From Candidatus Woesearchaeota archaeon (GTDB taxonomy: Archaea; Nanobdellota; Nanobdellia; Woesearchaeales; GW2011-AR9): DNA of 64,000 bases. The notes under the pieces were generated by a model. It saw nothing but the letters and a program-made list of their open reading frames with translations. It did not search any database and was not told where the DNA came from. The stretch is from assembly GCA_018696595.1 (NCBI GenBank), contig JABHQW010000003.1, positions 224,001 through 288,000 on the forward strand. Reading direction: 5' to 3'. Positions 57,258-64,000 of the stretch are shown here, in pieces; position 1 is the first letter of the stretch; each line of letters starts with the position of its first letter. The position numbers were made by a program, and so were the translations under genes.

Positions 57258-57953
57258 TTATTTTTTTAAATATCCCTTCCTTTTTCCTTCTTCTAATCGT
57301 TCAATAGAATATCTTAACATCGTTCGAGGCATTTCAGCATAATGTTGATCCAAGAATCCAGTTAAAATTTTTTCATCACGTTTCCCAATCTCACGTAACA
57401 TCCAACCAACTGCTTTGTGAATCAAATCGTGCTTATCATTAAGTAATATCTCAGAAATCTTCAAAGAATCTTTGAAATCTCCTAAGCGAATGAAAGCAAA
57501 TGTTGCTAAAACAGAAATGCGCCGTTCCCACAATGAAGAGGATTTAACCAATTTATACAAAATGCTTCGATCATTGTCAACCAAATAAGCACCAACTGTT
57601 TTGGGAATAGTTACATCAACCAAATCCCAATTGTTAATATAGGCAGTATTCTTTAGAAAAAATTCATAAATCTCTTTTCTAGAATCAGTATCTTTCTCAT
57701 ATTTGTAAACCAACATCACCAAAGCACACATTCTAAATTCATGATATTTGCTTTTAACTAACTCTTGAACAAAAGATAAAGTAATTTCCTTAAAGTATTT
57801 CTTAGCAATAACTCTAATTTGAGGCATAGTCAAACCTAAAAAAACGTCCCCTTCACCATACTCCCCAGGCCCAGTCTTAAAGAATCCCTGGGAATGTTTA
57901 GCTCTTACAGGATCAGACGATTCATACAATTCCATAATTATTTGTTTCAACAT
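57258..57953 (-). CDS. DNA alkylation repair protein (AlkD-like)
   Basis: FFKTGPGEYGEGDVFLG, HEFRMCAL, INNWDLVD, LWERR, DLIHKAVGWMLRE, MPRTMLRYSIE. Confidence 0.92.
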   Translation of the reverse strand: MLKQIIMELYESSDPVRAKHSQGFFKTGPGEYGEGDVFLGLTMPQIRVIAKKYFKEITLSFVQELVKSKYHEFRMCALVMLVYKYEKDTDSRKEIYEFFLKNTAYINNWDLVDVTIPKTVGAYLVDNDRSILYKLVKSSSLWERRISVLATFAFIRLGDFKDSLKISEILLNDKHDLIHKAVGWMLREIGKRDEKILTGFLDQHYAEMPRTMLRYSIERLEEGKRKGYLKK

Positions 57954-57997
57954 ACAATTACAAATATTTAAAAACATAAAAACATTTCCTTTTCAGT

Positions 57998-58564
57998 ATG
58001 TCTTTCCTAAACTTCCTAAAAAAAGAGCGTTTAATTTGGCACAGAAGGTTCATTCCCAGTTTAATTGCAGGCATTGCAGTTGGAATTATTACATTTTTCT
58101 TTGAAATGACCGCTTCAAATATAGTTATGTTTGCTTCTTTAGGTGCAAGTGCAGCAATAATCACCCATAAACAGATTCATAAATTAAATATTCTAAGAAC
58201 AGTTATCTTTTCTTACCTAATTTCTTTGATTGTTAGCGGAGTTGTTATATACTTGATCCATCATTATTCCTTATCTTTTTCAATTGCTGCCTTGATTGCA
58301 GTATCATTAGCAACATTATTTATGTATTTGGGAGATGTTTTTCATCCGCCAGCAATATCTGCAGCTTTATCTTTTGTATTGTTAGATGGTGGATTTTGGG
58401 AAACAATTGTAATTTTCTTTTCTGTAATTGTTCTGTTAATCATTACTAAAATATTAACTTATATTTTTTATTACGAACATTTAGAAATGCACAAGTTCAA
58501 GATGGAATTTAAGAAATTAGAACGGGAAGAAAAGAAGAAATGGAAAAGAATGTTTAAGAAATAG
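57998..58564 (+). CDS. HPP family membrane protein
   Basis: ASLGASA, FHPPAISAAL; TM helices. Confidence 0.85.
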   Translation: MSFLNFLKKERLIWHRRFIPSLIAGIAVGIITFFFEMTASNIVMFASLGASAAIITHKQIHKLNILRTVIFSYLISLIVSGVVIYLIHHYSLSFSIAALIAVSLATLFMYLGDVFHPPAISAALSFVLLDGGFWETIVIFFSVIVLLIITKILTYIFYYEHLEMHKFKMEFKKLEREEKKKWKRMFKK

Positions 58565-58737
58565 AATTCTAACATATTAAAAAAATAAAAAAAAAGAAAT
58601 CTTGCCCATAAGATGATCCTTACAGGGGTGGTGTAAGAGAAATAATTTAAGGGCAAGATATATGAAAATGAGACACGCAACACTTTGCATGCCAACAACT
58701 ACACCTCTTTTTCCCAGATTAAGGGAATACTTGTTCC

Positions 58738-59802
58738 TTAAACCAACTCGATTCCTAACTCTTTACTCAAAGTTTGTGCTCTTGTCTCAGATCTCTTTTG
58801 ATCAACTTTACCTAAAATCCAAGGACTGTTAACTCCGGTAATGATTGTCATTACTGTTAGTTTTCCTTTCATGTTGTCATCTACTCTTGCTCCCCAGATT
58901 ACATTAGCATCATCATCTAAAGATTCAGTTACTAATTCTCCAATCCGAGATACATCATCCAAAGTCATGTCCGGTCCACCAGTAACATGAATCAAAGCTC
59001 CTGTAGCTCCTTCATAGCTAATATCTAGTAAAGGATTACTCAAAGCACCTTTTACAGCTTCATCAACTCTGTTATTAGTATCGGAAGAACCCACACCAAT
59101 AGCTGCTACACCACCATTACTCATGATTGCTTTTACGTCAGCATAGTCTAAGTTAACTAAACTTGGTACAGCAATAGTTTCAACAATTCCTTTAATCATA
59201 GTTGAAATTAACTCATTTGCAACAGAGAATGCTTGTTGAATTGGTAAATTACCAGCAATTTGTACTAATCTGTTGTTATCAATTACAATTACAGTATCAC
59301 AAACTTGTCTTAACTGTTGTAATCCAAACTCAGCTTTATCACATCTTGCTCTTTCAATGTTGAAAGGCATTGTTACAGTTCCGATTACAATTGCTCCAGT
59401 ATCTTTAGCAACTTGTGCTACTACAGGTGAAGCTCCAGTTCCCGTTCCGCCACCCATTCCTGCGCAAACAAAAACCATGTCAGAAGTTTTTAAAGCATCC
59501 TTAACAACAGTCATAGATTCCTGAGCTGCTTCTGCTCCTCTACTTGGGAATCCACCACAGCCTAAACCACGAGTGCAATCTTTTCCAATTAAAAACTTTC
59601 GATCTGCTCCTGTAATGTTAAGATGCTGATGATCAGTATTAGTTGCAATAATCTCAGCTCCCTTTATTCCTTTCTTGTATAGCCAGCCAACCATATTGTT
59701 ACCAGCTCCGCCAACGCCAATAACCTTAATATTAGCTTGACTCATGTTCTCAAAATCGTGCTCTGGCGCGTTGTTCAGAGCGTTTTCCACGATAAAATCC
59801 AT
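58738..59802 (-). CDS. ftsZ: Cell division protein FtsZ
   Basis: IGVGGAGNN, GMGGGTGTG, NLDYAD, VIWGA. Confidence 0.98.
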   Translation of the reverse strand: MDFIVENALNNAPEHDFENMSQANIKVIGVGGAGNNMVGWLYKKGIKGAEIIATNTDHQHLNITGADRKFLIGKDCTRGLGCGGFPSRGAEAAQESMTVVKDALKTSDMVFVCAGMGGGTGTGASPVVAQVAKDTGAIVIGTVTMPFNIERARCDKAEFGLQQLRQVCDTVIVIDNNRLVQIAGNLPIQQAFSVANELISTMIKGIVETIAVPSLVNLDYADVKAIMSNGGVAAIGVGSSDTNNRVDEAVKGALSNPLLDISYEGATGALIHVTGGPDMTLDDVSRIGELVTESLDDDANVIWGARVDDNMKGKLTVMTIITGVNSPWILGKVDQKRSETRAQTLSKELGIELV

Positions 59803-60099
59803 TTTTACACCACCTCAAATTTTTCCACCCTCAAGTGTGTTTTTTTTTGGAATATATATATATATATACTCCAGCACACAAAAGATTATAAATGTGTTAT
59901 ACTTTTCTACTACTAGAATTAACCAAATTCGAAACCTATAACCAAAACCTAATTTAAACTGATAGAATTAACTTATAATTTTATCCAATACGTTTTTTCA
60001 AAGGTAACCAGCCTTTAAAACACCCAAACCTATTTTCTAGTAAAGTGCTCCCCCTATATAAAGATTTCGCTTCTCAAATATTTAAGAAAATAATTGCAT

Positions 60100-60768
60100 T
60101 TAACGCTCTAAATTAAGTTTCTCTTTAACTTTATCGACGACAGAACTACTAACTTTTTGTAACGAAACTTTTGTGGCGTTTGCTTTTCTTGCCAGAATTG
60201 TAGCAGTATCATTCATATACTTTGCTGGATCCCTTAACCTTAATCTCCAAGAACCAAAATAAACAACCGTTTCTAAAGGATATTTAGGGGGTTTAGGAGG
60301 GACTTCTTTTGGATAACCAATAGCAATGATTGCTTGTGGTCGAACATCAGGAGGAATCTTAAACATAGTCTTAAGCGCTTCCTCGTCAAAGCCACCAATC
60401 CATCTTGTTCCCAATCCAAGAGACTCGGCTTCTAATAACATATTTTGAATAGCAGCAGCGCAATTTTGTACAGAATAAAGCCGTTCTCCCCTTAAACCAT
60501 AGTACCTTTCAGCTTTTTCTGGCTCTCCACAAACAATAATTAAAGTTCCTGCTTGTATAATTTCATATTGTTTGTAAGCTGCTTCTGCAACTTGCTGTTT
60601 TTGATCAGGATCTGAGACTAAAAGAAACTTCCAGTTCTGTACATTTCCGCAACTAGGAGCATGTCTACCAGCGTCAATTATACGAGAAATTTTCTCCCAA
60701 GAAACATATTTAGGCATAAATGTCTTAATTGTACGTCTATTCTTAATTAAGTCTAAAATATCACCCAT
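60100..60768 (-). CDS. Nitroreductase family protein
   Basis: IKNRRTIK, APSCGNVQNWKF, AAIQNMLLEAESLGLGTRWIG. Confidence 0.92.
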   Translation of the reverse strand: MGDILDLIKNRRTIKTFMPKYVSWEKISRIIDAGRHAPSCGNVQNWKFLLVSDPDQKQQVAEAAYKQYEIIQAGTLIIVCGEPEKAERYYGLRGERLYSVQNCAAAIQNMLLEAESLGLGTRWIGGFDEEALKTMFKIPPDVRPQAIIAIGYPKEVPPKPPKYPLETVVYFGSWRLRLRDPAKYMNDTATILARKANATKVSLQKVSSSVVDKVKEKLNLER

Positions 60769-60852
60769 TTTAAATAAGTAATATCTTAAGGGTATTTATA
60801 TTTAACGTTTTTTGTTAGAGTTAAAATGGTTAGTAACACCAATTTTAAGACA

Positions 60853-60922
60853 AAACACCAGCGGCAATGGAGGCGCATAAATTTACAAAGGAAATTTATC
60901 ACCGCGCCGCGCTCTGGTGTTT
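60853..60922. other. Dispersed hairpin element, copy 3 (core GGCAATGGAGGCGC...GCGCCGCGCT)
   Basis: 9-bp closing inverted repeat AAACACCAG/CTGGTGTTT; inner stem ATAAATTT/AAATTTAT. Confidence 0.8.
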
Positions 60923-60990
60923 GCCAAAAATAAAAGTAAAGAAGATAAATATTTTACTTTTTCTCCTTTAAATTTCTTTTATGAAATCTG

Positions 60991-61006
60991 ATTTCAAATT
61001 TGAAAT
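60991..61006. promoter_or_regulatory. Perfect 16-bp palindrome ATTTCAAATTTGAAAT, candidate operator
   Basis: Lies about 20 bp upstream of the TATA box of the wHTH gene; AT-rich, so a chance occurrence is possible. Confidence 0.35.
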
Positions 61007-61057
61007 GTCTTTTCAAAAATAGAAATCTATTTAAATCCAAAATAATTTCTTAATCAA

Positions 61058-61579
61058 ATGGAACGGGGTGGCGTAATAGCAAAACTAATTGATTCTAAAA
61101 AAGCAGCTATACTAGGAGTAATCCTGAACTCCAAAGAAGAATTATATCTGAAAGAAGTTTCAGACAAAAGCAATGTTTCAATTACTTCAACTTTCAGAAT
61201 TCTTAAAGAACTAATTGAATTAGATATTATTAATAAAAAAGAATGGAAAACTAGCAAGGTGTATTATTGCCAAAAAAATGGCAAAGTAGATTTTCTTAAA
61301 GAGTTGTTTATTCAAACATATGATGGATTATCAGATTTTGTTAAAGAAGTAGTAGAAATGGAAGGTGTAGAAAATATAGTCTTGCATGGCACTAAAAAGA
61401 AAAACAAAGCAAATGTCTTAGTTATTGGAAATAGTGTTGATGCGGACAAGATCGATATAATCTGCGAACAAATCAAGAACAAAGGATTTGAAATAACATT
61501 TATGCCACTTACTAAAGAGCAATATACCCAAATGGTTAAAATGGGCCTATATTCTGGTGAGAAAAAAGTATTAAAATAA
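61058..61579 (+). CDS. Winged-HTH protein fused to a degenerate nucleotidyltransferase-like domain
   Basis: LYLKEVSDKSNVSITSTFRILKELIELDII (wHTH); IVLHGTKKKNKANVLVIG sits where LFGS...DxD is expected. Confidence 0.7.
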   Translation: MERGGVIAKLIDSKKAAILGVILNSKEELYLKEVSDKSNVSITSTFRILKELIELDIINKKEWKTSKVYYCQKNGKVDFLKELFIQTYDGLSDFVKEVVEMEGVENIVLHGTKKKNKANVLVIGNSVDADKIDIICEQIKNKGFEITFMPLTKEQYTQMVKMGLYSGEKKVLK

Positions 61580-61598
61580 AAAAAGAAAAAAGAAAAAA

Positions 61599-62531
61599 CT
61601 AACCTTTTAAATCAAAACCTTTCTTATATGAAGCCATTAATTGATTATCAGCATCATACAAAGTAATTGTAACATCCACATCTGAAAGATCACCAACTGT
61701 TGATTCACTATAAGAAAACCCACCAGAAATTGTTGCGGTTGAACTAACTGCGGTTTTAGATTTTACAGTCTTTGAACTTGGTGCTAAGGATGCAGTTTTC
61801 TCAAAATCATCATAACCCTCTACCATTACCACAAAATGGTCTGGCTTAACCGTACCAGCTTCATTATTCTTAATAGTATATTTGATTTTTTCAATCTTTC
61901 CCCATGTACCTTTCCAGTTGATATTAACATCAGTAATTGCTAAAGCAACATTAGCATATGAAGTAACTACATCTTCATCGGATTCTTCTGCAACAGCAGC
62001 TTCTTCTGCAACAACTGGCTCTTCAACTGAATCTTCAACTGAATCTTCAACTGAATCTTCAATTTCTTCTGTAGTGGTATTATTTTCTACAGTCGAACCA
62101 CCAGTGGGGGTTCCCTCATCGGTAGAATCAGAAAATAGCCCAGTAAAGAACCCTGATACGGAAGAGGCTATAGAACTATCTTCAACAGCCACTTTAGTTT
62201 CTTCAGCAACTTCAACAGTTGAAGTTGTTGTTTCTGCATCGCAGCCAACACTTAGTCTTCCTAATAAAAAGAAACAAATAAGTAATAGAACAATTAAAGC
62301 CCATTTAATTAATTGTACTGGTTTAATTTTAAAATTAATTGTAACTTCTTCTTCTAACAATTTAGGTTTAGCACGCTTATGTTTTGTATGACGTTCTTCC
62401 CCAACTGTAATTTCTTCATTTTCCATTGTTTCTCCAAAATCTTCCATTTCTTCTTTCACCGCCTTTTTATTTTTACTTCGATCTTTATTCTTAAATTTTT
62501 TCCAAGCTTCGTGTATGTGTTCGTCTTTCAT
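61599..62531 (-). CDS. Single-TM protein with an acidic Ser/Thr-rich linker and a C-terminal Ig-like domain
   Basis: TM LIKWALIVLLLICFFLLG; DSVE tandem repeats. Confidence 0.7.
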   Translation of the reverse strand: MKDEHIHEAWKKFKNKDRSKNKKAVKEEMEDFGETMENEEITVGEERHTKHKRAKPKLLEEEVTINFKIKPVQLIKWALIVLLLICFFLLGRLSVGCDAETTTSTVEVAEETKVAVEDSSIASSVSGFFTGLFSDSTDEGTPTGGSTVENNTTTEEIEDSVEDSVEDSVEEPVVAEEAAVAEESDEDVVTSYANVALAITDVNINWKGTWGKIEKIKYTIKNNEAGTVKPDHFVVMVEGYDDFEKTASLAPSSKTVKSKTAVSSTATISGGFSYSESTVGDLSDVDVTITLYDADNQLMASYKKGFDLKG

Positions 62532-62539
62532 TTTTCAGT

Positions 62540-62716
62540 TTAAATTAGGAATAGCACAAAAGAGACCAATATTAAAAACAAACCCCCCCCGATTACTCCA
62601 AAAGAGATTTGTTCACCCAAAGTTAAATTCTTAAAGTTTTTCAGTTTATTAATAATAAACTGAACAAAAGCATTAACTTTCTGGTTAAATTCATTTAATT
62701 GTTGTTTAAAGTCCAT
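62540..62716 (-). CDS. Small tail-anchored membrane protein (~58 aa)
   Basis: Below the ORF-track cut-off. Start and stop are 177 nt apart; inferred translation MDFKQQLNEFNQKVNAFVQFIINKL...GEQISFGVIGGGLFLILVSFVLFLI. Homopolymer runs were read by eye and the frame through them should be rechecked. Confidence 0.5.
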   Translation of the reverse strand: MDFKQQLNEFNQKVNAFVQFIINKLKNFKNLTLGEQISFGVIGGGLFLILVSFVLFLI

Positions 62717-62753
62717 CTTATTAGTATTAGTAAATTGAAGTAATATAAAAAGC

Positions 62754-64000
62754 TTACTTCAAATACTTGTTTACCTCCTTCTCAGGCCAACCATTCTCAA
62801 TCAAGGTTTTCTTTACTTGATCTAAAGGGACGTTCTTAACTTTCTCCTTTTTGATATATTCTTTAATTTCGTTAGCAGAATCCAGTTTAGGTTTCAGATA
62901 TAATAAGAAAACTAACCCGCCAATGATTATTAACAAAACAATTGAAGCAACTATTAATAAAATAGGAGTAAGTTTACTTTTTTCTTTTAGGGGCTCTGTC
63001 TCTTCAGAACCAAATGTAAAGTCCGGTTCAACAATTTTTTCTTGAGGAATTCCTTGCTGATCTAATCCAACATCTAAGTTGTTTATATTTAAATCATCTT
63101 TAGAGCCAGATTTACCAGAAACCCCAGAACTAGTGCCAGAAGAACTTCCTTGACAAGATTGTTCTTCTGTTGGCTTAGTTAAAGTAGTGCCACAATAATG
63201 TTTATCTGTACAAGTACGTGTTTGCTTCCCACCACTGCAAGAACTCCAACCAGTACAATTCCAAGACTCTAGACACATAAAACATTCAACAGTTTCAACA
63301 TAATCCATTTCACAACCATACTTATCAGTACAATTTTGTGATTTTGTTCCATTAGCACAAGTAGTCCACTCTGTACAAGTCCAATAAGTGTTACAATCAG
63401 GATCAAACCCTGTTTTATTTAGTAAGTTAATAACATTTTCCAGTAAATCTTCAGTATTATCAATCAAAATATTTGAAAGATTAACCAAAGTTTCATTCAC
63501 AGGATCAACATCTTCTAAATCATCAACATAATCATCAATATCATCAGAAAAATCTTCTAAATCTTCTTTTAGTTCATCTAAATCTTCTCCTAACTCCTTA
63601 AGATCCTCTAAGTCCTCTAAAGTTAATAATGAAGTTTGATTAGGCTGGTTTGTTGTATTATGCTCAACACTTTCATTTGTAATTTCATAATATTCTTCTT
63701 CAAAATCAGAATAAGTTTCGTTGTAACCCATAAATTCATTTTTAAACCAAGAATAATCTTTTATTGTTTCTGGTCCTGATTCTGGTTCAGAGATAACGCA
63801 ATCTTCCCCTAAACAGAACTCTTTAGTCTGAGAATTTCCATCCGCACAATTAACAATAATTTCATACTTACCAAGAGTATTATCAGACTTTGTATTATAA
63901 TTCATCTGCCAGCTAGCGAACCCCTGATCCACAGTTACTGGAAATCCAGAGGGATTATTTATCATTAATAAAGAAGTTTCAACACAACCAAAAACACTAA
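62754..64000 (-). CDS. Partial secreted protein with Cys/Trp-rich (TSP1-like) repeats, an acidic coiled segment and a C-terminal TM anchor
   Basis: Frame is open to the window edge; CNTYWTCTEWTTCANGTKSQNCTD and CLESWNCTGWSSCSGGKQTRTCTD; C-terminal TM followed by VKKTLIENGWPEKEVNKYL. Confidence 0.75.
   Translation of the reverse strand, partial: SVFGCVETSLLMINNPSGFPVTVDQGFASWQMNYNTKSDNTLGKYEIIVNCADGNSQTKEFCLGEDCVISEPESGPETIKDYSWFKNEFMGYNETYSDFEEEYYEITNESVEHNTTNQPNQTSLLTLEDLEDLKELGEDLDELKEDLEDFSDDIDDYVDDLEDVDPVNETLVNLSNILIDNTEDLLENVINLLNKTGFDPDCNTYWTCTEWTTCANGTKSQNCTDKYGCEMDYVETVECFMCLESWNCTGWSSCSGGKQTRTCTDKHYCGTTLTKPTEEQSCQGSSSGTSSGVSGKSGSKDDLNINNLDVGLDQQGIPQEKIVEPDFTFGSEETEPLKEKSKLTPILLIVASIVLLIIIGGLVFLLYLKPKLDSANEIKEYIKKEKVKNVPLDQVKKTLIENGWPEKEVNKYLK

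Noticed and set aside
58471-58698. 75-aa minus-strand ORF after ftsZ (possible secE)
   Set aside because: No SecE-like features, it runs through hairpins and poly-T, and it overlaps the HPP gene end.
22343-60922. Hairpin element as integron attC sites
   Set aside because: No RYYYAAC/GTTRRRY boxes at the stem ends, conservation is internal rather than at the crossover, the copies are not in a cassette array, and no IntI is present.
1379-63045. Numerous short antisense or alternative-frame ORFs in the track (e.g. 1379-1597, 5010-5258, 17402-17662, 28185-28499, 44025-44537, 52247-52535, 61882-62391)
   Set aside because: They lie fully inside longer genes with recognisable motifs and show composition typical of shadow frames.
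1-64000. Diversity-generating retroelement, IS elements, prophage or rRNA genes
   Set aside because: No reverse transcriptase, adenine-specific TR/VR pair, transposase, capsid/terminase or rRNA-like sequence was recognised; the duplicated dockerin module differs at all base types.

Overview
This window is AT-rich chromosomal DNA from an archaeon, most consistent with a DPANN lineage (Woesearchaeota/Nanoarchaeota-like). The archaeal assignment rests on Rpo7/Spt4/S24e/S27ae, TFS, GatE, archease, archaeal TpiA, a PGF-pre-PGF surface protein and BHB-type tRNA introns. Housekeeping genes (alaS, lig, gatE, ftsZ, slyD, tpiA, udg, nurA) are interleaved with orphan genes, many of them leaderless. No rRNA, CRISPR array, transposase or integrase was recognised. 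Main points of interest: (1) three dispersed copies of an unannotated hairpin element, core G(C/G)CAATGGAGGCRC...GYGCCGYGC, with compensatory changes; (2) several orphan promoter+gene cassettes bounded by 15-24 bp direct repeats; (3) four tRNA genes that all carry a T-loop (59/60) intron, including a three-intron tRNA-Pro with a 6-nt micro-exon, plus a 5'-end duplication/insertion at tRNA-Ser; (4) adjacent CHAP/NlpC-like amidase and soluble lytic transglycosylase genes, plus a GH20-like enzyme, suggesting interaction with bacterial peptidoglycan; (5) a >10 kb operon of cohesin/dockerin-like, BspA, LRR and TSP3 surface proteins; (6) a bacterial/viral-type topoisomerase IB, a SET protein and a ~133-nt orphan structured RNA. 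All assignments come from reading motifs by eye with no database searches, and hand-derived coordinates may be off by a base or two.
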